NCBI GenBank assembly: GCA_963708295.1
Contig: CAVPSJ010000005.1
Span: 32,001 to 96,000, forward strand
DNA length: 64,000 nt
Direction: 5' to 3'
Origin: an uncultured delta proteobacterium
GTDB taxonomy: Bacteria > Desulfobacterota > BSN033 > UBA1163
The notes under the pieces are model-generated. The model had not been told where the DNA came from, made no database searches, and was given only the letters and a program-made list of their open reading frames with translations. Position numbers and translations under genes: made by a program. Shown here one piece after another: positions 33,105 through 43,128 of this stretch. How positions within the stretch are numbered: the stretch's first letter is position 1; every line of letters starts with the position of its first letter.

Positions 33105-33527
33105 TTATACAATCTCCAGACCCATGCTGCGCGCTGTCCCCTCCACCGTCCGGATCGCACCGTCCATGTCTACGGCGTTGAGGTCTTTAAACTTAATCTG
33201 GGCGATCTCCCGAACCTGATCTTTGGTGACCTTGCCCACTTTGTTGCGATTGGGTTCCCCCGAACCTTTCACGATCTTCGCGGCCTTCTTTAAAAGGATC
33301 GAGGCCGGCGGGGTTTTGGTCACGAAATTAAAGGACCGGTCCGAATAGATCGTAATCACGACCGGGATGATCATGCCTTCCTGTCCCTGGGTCCGAGCAT
33401 TAAAGGCTTTACAAAATTCCATGATATTGACACCATGCTGGCCCAACGCCGGCCCCACCGGGGGGGAAGGATTCGCCTGTCCTGCCTGAATTTGAAGCTT
33501 TACCAGTGCTGCTATTTTCTTTGCCAT
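33105..33527 (-). CDS. rplK: 50S ribosomal protein uL11
   Basis: [33 protein letters not shown]. Confidence 0.99.
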   Translation of the reverse strand: MAKKIAALVKLQIQAGQANPSPPVGPALGQHGVNIMEFCKAFNARTQGQEGMIIPVVITIYSDRSFNFVTKTPPASILLKKAAKIVKGSGEPNRNKVGKVTKDQVREIAQIKFKDLNAVDMDGAIRTVEGTARSMGLEIV

Positions 33528-33548
33528 CGTTTACTCCCCACTAACTGC

Positions 33549-33690
33549 AAAAATCCGAAACTCGAATATCGAAATCCGAAACAAATTCAAAATTCAAATT
33601 TTCAAAATAGCAGCGTTCATCTTGCCGGTGTGAATCTTGTACTTCGATCTTCGCATTTGTTTCGAGCTTCGGATTTCGTGCTTCGAATTT
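33549..33690. repeat. heptamer-repeat palindromic element between nusG and rplK
   Basis: AATCCGAAACTCGAATATCGAAATCCGAAACAAAT ... ATTTGTTTCGAGCTTCGGATTTCGTGCTTCGAATTT; same style as 13911-14060. Confidence 0.75.
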
Positions 33691-34219
33691 AATTTTTTTC
33701 GACTTGGATAAAATCCAGTTCCACCGGAGTCGCTCTTCCAAAGATAGAGACCAAAACCTTCAATTTTCTCTTTTCGGGTCTGACCTCTTCAATGGTCCCG
33801 ATAAAGTTGACAAACGGACCGTCGATGACTCGAACGCTGTCTCCCGTACCGAAAGAAATCTTAGGTTTTGCCTTGGATACGCCGTCTTTCATCTGGGACA
33901 GAATGTCTTCGACCTCCCCCTCCGCGATGGGGATCGGTTTCGTCCCATCGCCCGCAAAACCCGTAATCTTAGGGGTATCCTTCACAATATGCCAGGTCTC
34001 TTCGTTCAACTCCATTTTCACCAGGATATACCCGGGAAAGATTTTCCTTTGAGAGGTTTTTCTTTTCCCCTTAACCAGCTCGACCACGGTCTCCGTGGGA
34101 ACTAAGATGGTCGAAAAGAATTCTCCTTTTCCGAGATTCTTAATTCGCTCTTCTAAATTCTGCTTGGCCCTGTTTTCGAAACCGGAATAAGTGTGGACGA
34201 CATACCATTGTTGCGCCAT
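33689..34219 (-). CDS. nusG: transcription termination/antitermination factor NusG
   Basis: [39 protein letters not shown]. Confidence 0.98.
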   Translation of the reverse strand: MAQQWYVVHTYSGFENRAKQNLEERIKNLGKGEFFSTILVPTETVVELVKGKRKTSQRKIFPGYILVKMELNEETWHIVKDTPKITGFAGDGTKPIPIAEGEVEDILSQMKDGVSKAKPKISFGTGDSVRVIDGPFVNFIGTIEEVRPEKRKLKVLVSIFGRATPVELDFIQVEKN

Positions 34220-34262
34220 AATGTTTACCGTATGCACGGGGAGAACATCTTTTCCACCCCTT

Positions 34263-34481
34263 TTAGCTTGCCGCTTTCCTCAATAGCTCCTTGATAAGAT
34301 TAGACAGCGCCGCATCCACAATCCCCAGAAAGATGGCAATGACAAAGACGGCGACGAGCACGACAACCGTGCCGGAAAGGGTATCTTTCCTCGAAGGCCA
34401 GGTCACCTTCTTAAGCTCGGTCTTAGCCTCTCTTAAGAATTGTTTGGCTGTCTCGAATTTCTCTTTAATCGAAAATTCCAT
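34263..34481 (-). CDS. secE: preprotein translocase subunit SecE
   Basis: [11 protein letters not shown] plus one TM helix; between tRNA-Trp and nusG. Confidence 0.95.
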   Translation of the reverse strand: MEFSIKEKFETAKQFLREAKTELKKVTWPSRKDTLSGTVVVLVAVFVIAIFLGIVDAALSNLIKELLRKAAS

Positions 34482-34582
34482 TTTATTATCCCGAGGCACC
34501 GGGCGGCCATGCCCCCTAAGAAACTCACCGCTTGCCACGGTCCCCGTGAGACCCATGGCAGGCCGTGCCCCTGACGGGTACA

Positions 34583-34659
34583 TGGCAGGCCAGGAGGGAT
34601 TTGAACCCCCATCACCCGGATTTGGAGTCCGGTGCTCTATCCGTTAGAGCTACTGGCCT
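34583..34659 (-). tRNA. tRNA-Trp (CCA)
   Basis: AGGCCAGTAGCTC...CCGGA-CTCCAAA-TCCGG...GTTCAAATC...CTGCCA cloverleaf with encoded CCA end. Confidence 0.95.
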
Positions 34660-34707
34660 GTATCCGGTGAGTGGAGAGTGCCACTTTCCACCTACCACTT
34701 TCTACAA

Positions 34708-34857
34708 TTACTTCGTCTCTTTATGAGCCGTATGCTTACGACAGAATCGACAATATTTTTTGAATTCCAGCTTATCCGGAGTGGTTCGTTTATTCTTCGT
34801 CGTAGAATAGTTCCTCCGTTTACACTCCGTACAGGACAAAGTCAAAATATTCCTCAT
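34708..34857 (-). CDS. rpmG: 50S ribosomal protein bL33 (Zn-ribbon type), not in the ORF track
   Basis: Hand translation: [49 protein letters not shown]. Confidence 0.96.
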   Translation of the reverse strand: MRNILTLSCTECKRRNYSTTKNKRTTPDKLEFKKYCRFCRKHTAHKETK

Positions 34858-34948
34858 TGAATACTCCTAATGCTGAATCCCACCACAGCGACACTTCCCA
34901 GAATTGATAGGCTCAACTTTCAAAATCTCCCGCTCAAGCCGCATTAAG

Positions 34949-36148
34949 CTATTCAAGGACATCGCTGATGACGCCTGCACCAACCGTACGGCCTCCCTCC
35001 CGAATCGCAAACCGCAACTCCTTTTCCATCGCGATCGGCGTGATCAACTCAATCGTCAACGAAACATTGTCCCCGGGCATCACCATCTCCACCCCCTCCG
35101 GCAATGCCGCCACTCCCGTCACATCCGTCGTCCGAAAGTAAAACTGAGGCCGATACCCGTTGAAAAACGGCGTATGCCGACCCCCTTCCTCCTTCGTCAA
35201 GATATACGCCTCCGCCTTAAACTTCCGATGGGGCGTGATCGACCCAGGCTTGGCCACCACCTGTCCCCGCTCCACTTCCTCTCGCTTCGTCCCTCGCAAC
35301 AACACCCCAATGTTATCCCCAGCCTGCCCCTGATCCAGCGTCTTCCGAAACATCTCCACTCCCGTACACACCGTCTTCACCGTCGGCCGAATCCCCACCA
35401 CCTCCACCTCATCTCCCACCTTGACCACCCCTCGCTCCGCTCGCCCCGTCACCACCGTCCCTCGCCCCGAAATCGTAAACACATCCTCCACCGGCAACAA
35501 AAACGGCTTGTCTATCTCCCGAACCGGCTCCGGAATAAACGTGTCCACCGCATCCATCAGCTTCCATATCCCGCTGCACCACTGACAGTCCGGCTTCCCA
35601 CACCCACACTCCAACGCCTTCAGCGCACTGCCCCGAATCACCGGAGAACTCTCCCCAGGAAAATCATACCCCGATAACAACTCCCTCACCTCCAACTCCA
35701 CCAAATCCAATAACTCCGGATCCTCCACCATGTCCACCTTGTTCAAAAACACCACAATATACGGCACCCGAACCTGCTTCGCCAATAACACATGCTCTCG
35801 CGTCTGAGGCATCGGCCCGTCCGCCGCCGATACCACCAAAATCGTCCCGTCCATCTGCGCCGCACCCGTAATCATATTCTTGATATAGTCCGCATGCCCC
35901 GGACAATCAATGTGCGCATAATGACGCTTCGCCGTCTCATATTCCACATGCGCAATCGCGATCGTCAAACCCCGCTCCTTCTCCTCCGGCGCCTTGTCTA
36001 TCTGATCAAACGCCATGTAGGAGGCCCACTTCTTCGTCGCCAATACCTTCGTGATCGCTGAGGTCAACGTCGTCTTCCCATGATCCACATGACCAATCGT
36101 CCCGATGTTCACATGCGGCTTTGTCCTCTCATACTTCGGCTTCGACAT
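34949..36148 (-). CDS. tuf: elongation factor Tu
   Basis: [34 protein letters not shown]. Confidence 0.99.
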   Translation of the reverse strand: MSKPKYERTKPHVNIGTIGHVDHGKTTLTSAITKVLATKKWASYMAFDQIDKAPEEKERGLTIAIAHVEYETAKRHYAHIDCPGHADYIKNMITGAAQMDGTILVVSAADGPMPQTREHVLLAKQVRVPYIVVFLNKVDMVEDPELLDLVELEVRELLSGYDFPGESSPVIRGSALKALECGCGKPDCQWCSGIWKLMDAVDTFIPEPVREIDKPFLLPVEDVFTISGRGTVVTGRAERGVVKVGDEVEVVGIRPTVKTVCTGVEMFRKTLDQGQAGDNIGVLLRGTKREEVERGQVVAKPGSITPHRKFKAEAYILTKEEGGRHTPFFNGYRPQFYFRTTDVTGVAALPEGVEMVMPGDNVSLTIELITPIAMEKELRFAIREGGRTVGAGVISDVLE

Positions 36149-36200
36149 GGCTCAAACCCTCCTTTAGCTTTCGGAAAAATCGCTCAACCCAGTCTTTTCA

Positions 36201-36276
36201 TGGAGCCCACGATCGGATTTGAACCGATGACCTCTTCCTTACCAAGGAAGTGCTCCACCGACTGAGCTACGTGGGC
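36201..36276 (-). tRNA. tRNA-Thr (GGT)
   Basis: GCCCACGTAGCTCAG...CTTCC-TTGGTAA-GGAAG...GTTCAAATC...GGGCTCCA. Confidence 0.95.
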
Positions 36277-36353
36277 CATAAATAAAGAAATACCCGTCAA
36301 CGGAAAGAGACAGGCTGGCCGAGTGATGAAAAGAAACTACCTCATTATCGTAA

Positions 36354-36429
36354 TGGAGCGGGAAACGGGGTTCGAACCCGCGACCCTCAGCTTGGAAGGC
36401 TGATGCTCTGCCAACTGAGCTATTCCCGC
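36354..36429 (-). tRNA. tRNA-Gly (TCC)
   Basis: GCGGGAATAGCTCAG...TCAGC-CTTCCAA-GCTGA...GTTCGAACC...CCCGCTCCA. Confidence 0.95.
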
Positions 36430-36653
36430 CTTTGAATAACAAACCACCTTCGTCAATGGATACCACTCGATCAAGGAGGTTCCTTTTCGTCTGATTTAAG
36501 TTAATTCGGGCTAAAACTCTCGCTGTTAAAGATCACACTTTCTGTCGGTCATGTTTGACGAAGGGAGACCGTGAATCTCGTTTACAGCGTTTCAGTGATT
36601 CAATTTGAGATTAATAATGGGTTGAATGGCTCAACGATCGCCGCTGGCAAGCC

Positions 36654-36738
36654 TGGTGGAGAGGGGAGGATTCGAACCTCCGAAGGCATCGCCAACAGAT
36701 TTACAGTCTGTCCCCTTTGGCCGCTCGGGAACCTCTCC
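36654..36738 (-). tRNA. tRNA-Tyr (GTA)
   Basis: GGAGAGGTTCCCGAGCGGCCAAAGGGG-ACAGA-CTGTAAA-TCTGT, long variable arm, ...CTCTCCACCA. Confidence 0.95.
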
Positions 36739-36844
36739 GACTCTAAATCTTCTTTTCTTGATTGAACATGTCCTCCTGGTATAAAAAAGACTGGGAAATC
36801 AATGAGTTACAATAGTGGAATAAGGATCATAAAGAACCGAACTT

Positions 36845-36877
36845 ATTATATTTAACAAAATAATCTCTTTTTGTCAA
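36845..36877 (-). promoter_or_regulatory. putative sigma70 promoter of the tRNA-tuf operon
   Basis: Minus strand TTGACA...TGTTAAATATAAT with an AT-rich upstream tract. Confidence 0.5.
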
Positions 36878-36907
36878 GAATTTTTTTTGAAAAAAAGAAA
36901 TAATTTC

Positions 36908-36936
36908 TTGCTCCTAGATCGTCTTACTAATATACT
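36908..36936 (+). promoter_or_regulatory. putative sigma70 promoter of the multiheme cytochrome gene
   Basis: TTGCTC-N17-TATACT. Confidence 0.5.
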
Positions 36937-37123
36937 ATATTTTGAGTTTTCTTACAATTCGAATCGAGGAGCCAAAGCCCGATTTCGGAAAATGTCTGCG
37001 TGTAAAACGAAGAGCCTTGCCTCCTCAAGATGGATTGCCGCGCGATTCTAAAGACGCACGCAATGACATCACGGAGGGGCTTCTTTTTCTGAAACTGGAT
37101 TTGAGCGGAGAGGAGGTATTCCC

Positions 37124-38959
37124 CTGGGAAAAATTAAAGTACTGTTTTTGCTCATTTCAGGCACTCTGTTCTTATCGTTTTTTTACGCAACTTCAACCGC
37201 GTCCCAGGATTCTCTCCACAAGAAGATCATCCTAAGAGGATATGATGGGAACCCCCTTACCCTTGAAAGTAAGATACCTTACAGCCCCAAAAAAACCTGT
37301 GGGAGCTGCCATGATTATGATCAAATCACGAACGGATACCACTTCCAGCAAGGTCGGACGGACGGAGCCGGCAAAATCGCCATCCGTGATGTATTCGACC
37401 CCAAGTATCCCTGGAACTTGTCTTCGGGAATGTATGGGAGGGTGATGGCCGCCTCCATGGACTTAAGCCAATTGGCCAAAAAAGCGAATGCCTCCCCCTC
37501 GGAAATCGACAAATCCTCTTTCGCGTTTGTCCAGGCTTGCGGAGCCTGCCACCCGGGAGGGGGATGGAGCGAATATGATCGCAAAGGTCACCTCTACTAT
37601 GACGAGGAGAGTAAGAGATTTGGCTACGAAGATTCAGGAGAAAACCCTCTGCTGGATGGGGACTATACTCCCTATCCTAATGGGAATACCGATGTCCGGG
37701 CTCCCTGGGATCAAAGTGGGGTCAGCGAGGCAGACTGCTTTTTCTGTCACTTAAAGGGGTACCTGTGGAAGGAGCGCGAGGCAGCCCTCCGGGGAAAGTT
37801 TTTCAAATATGGGCCTACCGTCGGAGCGGGATGGGCAGACATCAAACTGTCCCACGACGAATCAGGAAATTCGAAAGCGGATGAGATCACCGTGGATTAC
37901 GCCAGGAAAGAAGTGGCCGATTTTGAAAACCTCAACGTTCAGATTGCGAGAAGGCCCCCTGATGAAAACTGCTGGTCCTGTCATGCTGCTGCCGACGGAA
38001 AAAGGAGAGGTCGTCAGTGGAATTCAGAGACGGATGTTCATAACGCCAAAGGCCTCCAATGCCTCTCCTGCCATCCGGGCAACAAAAATCATAATTTTGC
38101 CAAAGGGGATACGATCCAGCAGACAGTACGAAGCGACTTGAACCATACCATGTATTCCTGCGAGGACTGTCATTACAAAGGCAAGGGCAAGAATGCCCCC
38201 AAATATAAACATCCCTTCTCCCCCCGACATCTGAAGAGAATTGCCTGCCAGACCTGCCATATCCCTTTTCAGACAACTTCAGCAGATCTCGTTTACGACT
38301 TTTCTTCAAACGGACGAACTCTCATCTATGAGACCTTTAAATTTCTATCGAGTGACCCTTTGGATCCGAAACAGGCTGTCCCCGGCAGGGCTCCGAGTAT
38401 CTGGTATCCTGCCTTGACAAAGTGGAAGGGCAGAATCGTTCCCGTCAAGGGACTGGTGGTTCTCTACTGGGGGGATTTGGATCCAAAAACCAATGTGGTC
38501 AAGCCCATCTCCCTCTGGAAGATACAGGGACTAAAAGAGCTTCCTCCCCTGAGTGACGACAACGGAGACGGGGTGCCTGAAGTGAATTCTCTGGGTGAGA
38601 TCAAGGCCTTCTTGAAGGCATTGCAGGAGAAGGATAAGTTTGAAAATCCTGTGGCCCATCATCCCGTCCTGATGAAGGGAGGGTTTCTTTATCAGCTGGA
38701 TAAGAAAGGAGAGGTGGAAAAGCTGAAACACGCGCAGGCGGAAGTCCTCGATTTTTCCCTCAGCCATAATGTCGCTTCAGGACCGGAGGTCCTAGGCTCC
38801 CGGGGCTGCAAAGAATGCCACTCTAAGAAATCTTCGTTCTTCCTAAGAAAAGTCCTGGTGGATCCTTGGGACGAGAAAGGGAAACCCGTTTATGTTGAAA
38901 ACTGGGAACGTCTCGGGATCGACCAGGAAAAATTAGACCAGCTTTTAATGGATCAATAA
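37124..38959 (+). CDS. periplasmic octaheme c-type cytochrome
   Basis: Eight CxxCH motifs (CGSCH, CGACH, CFFCH, CWSCH, CLSCH, CEDCH, CQTCH, CKECH); signal peptide; probable CTG start at 37124 after AGGAGGT (ORF track start 37148). Confidence 0.88.
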   Translation: MGKIKVLFLLISGTLFLSFFYATSTASQDSLHKKIILRGYDGNPLTLESKIPYSPKKTCGSCHDYDQITNGYHFQQGRTDGAGKIAIRDVFDPKYPWNLSSGMYGRVMAASMDLSQLAKKANASPSEIDKSSFAFVQACGACHPGGGWSEYDRKGHLYYDEESKRFGYEDSGENPLLDGDYTPYPNGNTDVRAPWDQSGVSEADCFFCHLKGYLWKEREAALRGKFFKYGPTVGAGWADIKLSHDESGNSKADEITVDYARKEVADFENLNVQIARRPPDENCWSCHAAADGKRRGRQWNSETDVHNAKGLQCLSCHPGNKNHNFAKGDTIQQTVRSDLNHTMYSCEDCHYKGKGKNAPKYKHPFSPRHLKRIACQTCHIPFQTTSADLVYDFSSNGRTLIYETFKFLSSDPLDPKQAVPGRAPSIWYPALTKWKGRIVPVKGLVVLYWGDLDPKTNVVKPISLWKIQGLKELPPLSDDNGDGVPEVNSLGEIKAFLKALQEKDKFENPVAHHPVLMKGGFLYQLDKKGEVEKLKHAQAEVLDFSLSHNVASGPEVLGSRGCKECHSKKSSFFLRKVLVDPWDEKGKPVYVENWERLGIDQEKLDQLLMDQ

Positions 38960-39062
38960 TTTCTTCGCCAAAAGATTTCATCGGGGATGCTTCCGGAAAT
39001 CGTCCCATCCATCCGTTTATTTCGAATCAACCCATTCGAACCTAGAACCCGTTCTGTGGCAA

Positions 39063-39225
39063 GCCGGAACAGGCGAGCAGGTGAAGAAGCTTTAGGGCGG
39101 AAACCTCCTAACGATTAGCTACAAAGCCGCAACCCGAGAAGAGGGTGCATTCGCGAGAAGATCGATTGCCCATAACGCTAAGAGACCGAATCCTAAAGCT
39201 GAGGAACCTGAGTGTCTGTTCCGGC
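39063..39225 (+). ncRNA. unidentified structured RNA-like element, copy 1
   Basis: 12-bp closing stem with a G-U pair, inner stem AGCTTTAGG/CCTAAAGCT; homologous to 60769-60962. Confidence 0.5.
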
Positions 39226-39279
39226 GGTGCTCCATGCGAAGGGCAGGTTTGTGGATGCCGTCCAAACCGGAATAGAAAG

Positions 39280-40629
39280 TCATTTTTCCGGGAGGGTTCT
39301 TTGAAGCGCATCGGAATGATGCCGAAGGATCATCCCCGCCCGGCTGCGCCAAAACTGGTAGTTATGTCCGGACTTCCCGTTGAAAGGCTGCACCGGAATC
39401 TGGCGGCTCCCTCCTCCCAGCAATTTCTCAAAACGTTTGTTTCCTTCTGTAATCCCGTCAATTCCTTCCTTCGCCCCATAATCATAATAGAGCCCGCCGG
39501 GCAGTTGCCTTATTCCCTTTTTTTGGGCCAGGGTTAAGGGATTGTTGGCCTGGATATGGTTCAAGTCGAGAGAAGAGCCCGAAGGAAATCGATGGGGGTC
39601 AAGGCGTCCGAACACCTCCAAGAATTCAGGCATCACCATCTTCATCATCCACTTGTCCCGAAGAGACTCGATGTCGAGAAGACCGCTCTGGCTGCTGATC
39701 GACTGGAACAGATGGGAGTGCTTCAGCCCAAGTTTCATTGCCCCGAATCCTCCCATCGAAAAACCACCGAGGCCCCTTCGCCGAAGAAGCCTTTCTTTGT
39801 ACTGAGATTGAGACTCAAGATGTTGAACAAGCTCGAGAAAATAGGATTCATGTTTTCCCATGGCCCCCGGCTTCATATAGAAGAAAGGGAGGAGGGAATA
39901 GTTCATGGCTTCTCCCGGATAGAAATCGTCACAGGCCTTTTGATTCTTTGTTTCGGGGAAGAGCCTCCTCCCCTCATTCTCATCGGTATAGAAACCATTG
40001 TCCCCATCCGGAAGAACGATGACCATTTTCTGGAGGGGATGAAAGGGATTGTTTGGACTTTCCCGAGAGTGAAGATTATGGGAAACGATCGATTGCGCAA
40101 TCTCCCTCGGGAGATAATCTCCCTTGGCAAGCCCCCCGTATCTTGAGAGCTCTTCAAACCGTTGCTCCAATGATCTCTCTAAGTCTCGATAAGTCTTATT
40201 CTTTGAATCCATCATGGCATAGGCAATGACAGCGATATCCTCGTGAAGAAGCCAATGATATTCTTCTTCCTTCACCTCGCAAAGGAGCCTCCTTGCTTTT
40301 TCAGGAGAGGTGCGTCTTCCACCACATGCCCGTTCGATGGAAGTTATACCCGTGCAAAAGAAAAAGGACCGGATACCTGGCCGTGGGGCTTTGATAAAAA
40401 TCTTCTGGCAGGATGACGAAAAACCCTTTTTCCTTATTCAAAAGGTTTGAAAAAAAGACCTCATATCGGACCAGATACCGATACGTTTGGGATGGTTTGG
40501 AGAAAAGGAAATAGGAAAGCCCCGGGTCTTCAGAGCAGCAAGGGACTTGAGCGGCGGAGGTTTCTAGCGACCCCGCGAGGATCAATAGTATAAGGAGGAA
40601 AATTATCCAAGACCGTTTTTGGTTCTTCA
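39280..40629 (-). pseudogene. secreted alpha/beta hydrolase (putative esterase family), split by a +1 frameshift near 40310
   Basis: N-part has a signal peptide and YPVLFLLHG; C-part has GFSMGGFGA and GHNYQFW; frames differ by one base. Confidence 0.75.
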
Positions 40630-40721
40630 TCTCAATAAGGGTTAATATAACTTCAAAAAAATACCACGACAATAATCATTAAAGAAGGCTTAAAACGGTT
40701 TGCTTCGACAGATCCAAAGCG

Positions 40722-40782
40722 GTCATTGCGAGGACCCTGCACTTGATGCGGGGGGCGTGGCAATCTCAAGAGATTGCTTCGC
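40722..40782. repeat. REP-like palindromic element GTCATTGCGAGG...GTGGCAATCTC..GAGATTGCTTCG
   Basis: Internal inverted repeat GCAATCTC/GAGATTGC; related arm GATTGCC...CGCAATGAC at ~37033-37067. Confidence 0.6.
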
Positions 40783-40940
40783 TTCCCCCTCCCTCCTCTC
40801 TTTCTTTCTGAAAGAGTGATTGCTCAAGGTCGTGCATCCATACAACCTTTCATCCCGTAATTGATAATTCTTGTTGAAGTTCTTATTCAAAATTAGTAAA
40901 CTAATCGCAAAATTCCATTGAGCACAATAGATCAGCGAAA

Positions 40941-41351
40941 ATGAATGTAAGTGCGAGAGATAAGGCTTTGTCTATTTTTACACTACTCTTTTTGATTTTG
41001 TCAGTGTCCTCGTGCAAAGATCCTAAGTTCGAACTTCCTGGCACATACGTTGCTGATTACGATGTTGCAAGGGAGAAGCTCGTGCTTAATAAAGACGGAA
41101 CGTATATTCAAGAGGTCACACTTAAGTCAAATTTCAAAGTGGATATATCAAGAGGTAGGTGGAGTTATGATAAAGAAACACAGTACGTTAGCTTTAAAGA
41201 TAATTTCATGTATGTAATCAACGGCCACGGGAAACTGAATCCCGATTATGCTCATCCGAAGAATGGAGCCGCTTCAGTTCCATGTGGGTTGTATTTTGGT
41301 CGCATGAGAACAGGAAGCTCCGTACGTGTAGTGTACAAAAAGATTGACTGA
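40941..41351 (+). CDS. hypothetical lipoprotein, AT-rich
   Basis: Lipobox VSSC; LPGTY...L.LNKDGTY...GRW beta-barrel-like pattern. Confidence 0.7.
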   Translation: MNVSARDKALSIFTLLFLILSVSSCKDPKFELPGTYVADYDVAREKLVLNKDGTYIQEVTLKSNFKVDISRGRWSYDKETQYVSFKDNFMYVINGHGKLNPDYAHPKNGAASVPCGLYFGRMRTGSSVRVVYKKID

Positions 41352-41687
41352 AATTTCATTTATTGATTTCAGTAAAGGATCTCGATTCGCGTTCAATGGT
41401 GCTGTAGTAGCACGTGCAAGAAGTTCAAACGGTCAATTACTCTGATTTCAAATGGCTCTAACCTTCGATAATCATGAATATGGCGTTCCCTTATCAAAGA
41501 CTAGGTAGGCGAAAGCCATTTTCAAGAGTTAGCCTGAAAGTGTCTACCAATTCAAGCCCGACCTCAAGTAATACCATCGCAAAATCCCAATAAAATTATT
41601 TGATCATGATCAATAATTGGTTTAAATTAGTACACACACGAAATCAATCCTGTTATTTGACAGAGTGAGGGGTAAAGAGAGGGGTCT

Positions 41688-43076
41688 ATGGAGAAAAATT
41701 GGGAGGCAATGGAGGCGCTCTTCAACCCAAAATCTGTTGCGGTGATCGGGGCCTCCGACAATCCGGGCAAGCTGGGATCTCATGTGATGAGAAGTCTTAC
41801 CGAAGGGAAATATCCCGGCAGAATCTATCCCGTCAACCCGGGGAAGAACGAAATCATGGGAATAAAGACCTATCCTTCCCTTCTTCAGGTTCCCGAATCC
41901 GTGGATCTCTCCGTGATCGTCCTTCCGGCCGAACAGGTGCCCAAAACAGTTATCGAATGCGGAGAAAAGGGAGTGAAAGGAATCGTCCTCATCACGGCGG
42001 GATTTAGAGAAATCGAAGATCAAAAAGGACAGGCTTTGCAGAGTGAGGTGACGAAACTGGCAGATCAGTTCGGCATCAAAATCATCGGCCCGAACACCTT
42101 TGGAATTGTAAACCTCCATCTCCCCCTCAACGCGTCGTTTACTCCGGAATTTTCCCGGGTGGACAAGGGCGGAATTAGCCTGGTCAGCCAGAGCGGAGGG
42201 ATGTCCCACCTGATCGCTTTTCTGTCTCTCCAGAACAAAGTCGGTTTGAGCAAAATCATCGGTTTGGGAAATCGTTGCAATGTCGATTTTTCGGAGACGG
42301 TGGAATACTTGATCCGGGATTCTCAGACGAAGGTGATCGCGCTGTATCTGGAAGGGATCGACCAGCCCAAAAGATTGATGGAGGCGGCCGAGCGAGGAAA
42401 AGGAGAAAAACCTATTCTCGCCTACAAGGTCGGACGTTCTCCCACGAGTGATCAGGCCTCTCAATTCCATACAGGCTCCCTCGCGGGGAAGCACGAGATC
42501 TATGAGGGTGCCTTTAAACAGGCCGGGATTTTAACGGTCGGAAGTTCGGAAGAGCTTCTCGACGCGGCAAAGGCGCTGACCCTGTGCCCATCTCCCGAAG
42601 GCAATCGAGTGGCTGTGCTTTCGGGGCAGGCCGGGCCCGGGATGGCTGCCTGTGATGTCTGTGAGATGGAAAGGTTGATGATTCCTGCATTCTCGGCGGA
42701 AACCCAAAAGAAGGTGGAGGAACTGCTTCCCCCCCTCGCCATCCGGACGAACCCTGTGGATATGGGACCTGCATGGTATGATTCAGCGGCGATCAAAGGA
42801 ATTGTAAATGCCGTTTTGGAAGACAGAAAGATCGATGCCGTCATCCTATGCATCATGTTCGCCTCGGCCAATCGGTCTGCTGCCGGAGTCCTCACCGGTT
42901 TTCTATCGGAAAGGAGACCTCCTAAACCGATCCTGTGCTGCTTTTCCTCCCCGCCGGGAATCTGGGACAATGAAATCAAACAGCTTGAAGCATCGGGCAT
43001 CCCGAACTATCCCACTCCGGAAAGGGCGGCAAAGGCGCTCTCGAACCTTTACAGGTATCACAGAAGGAGAAGCTAA
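41688..43076 (+). CDS. acyl-CoA synthetase (NDP-forming) alpha subunit/CoA-binding protein
   Basis: LFNPKSVAVIGAS, IIGPNTFG, SQSGG, HTGSLAG phospho-His motif, NPVD. Confidence 0.9.
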   Translation: MEKNWEAMEALFNPKSVAVIGASDNPGKLGSHVMRSLTEGKYPGRIYPVNPGKNEIMGIKTYPSLLQVPESVDLSVIVLPAEQVPKTVIECGEKGVKGIVLITAGFREIEDQKGQALQSEVTKLADQFGIKIIGPNTFGIVNLHLPLNASFTPEFSRVDKGGISLVSQSGGMSHLIAFLSLQNKVGLSKIIGLGNRCNVDFSETVEYLIRDSQTKVIALYLEGIDQPKRLMEAAERGKGEKPILAYKVGRSPTSDQASQFHTGSLAGKHEIYEGAFKQAGILTVGSSEELLDAAKALTLCPSPEGNRVAVLSGQAGPGMAACDVCEMERLMIPAFSAETQKKVEELLPPLAIRTNPVDMGPAWYDSAAIKGIVNAVLEDRKIDAVILCIMFASANRSAAGVLTGFLSERRPPKPILCCFSSPPGIWDNEIKQLEASGIPNYPTPERAAKALSNLYRYHRRRS

Positions 43077-43128
43077 GATCTCCCTACTCTTACCGCGGGG
43101 AGATCCACAGGACTTTTCGGAGGCAAAG

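Noticed and set aside
36478-36570. Long imperfect hairpin in the tRNA-Tyr/tRNA-Gly spacer as a separate ncRNA or a missing tRNA-Thr(TGT)
   Set aside because: There is no cloverleaf or T-loop, the pairing is modest, and there is no second copy in the window.
39063-39225. 6S RNA or a known riboswitch (TPP, lysine, cobalamin, c-di-GMP)
   Set aside because: The size fits 6S, but I could not find the diagnostic conserved motifs of any of these families; left as unidentified.
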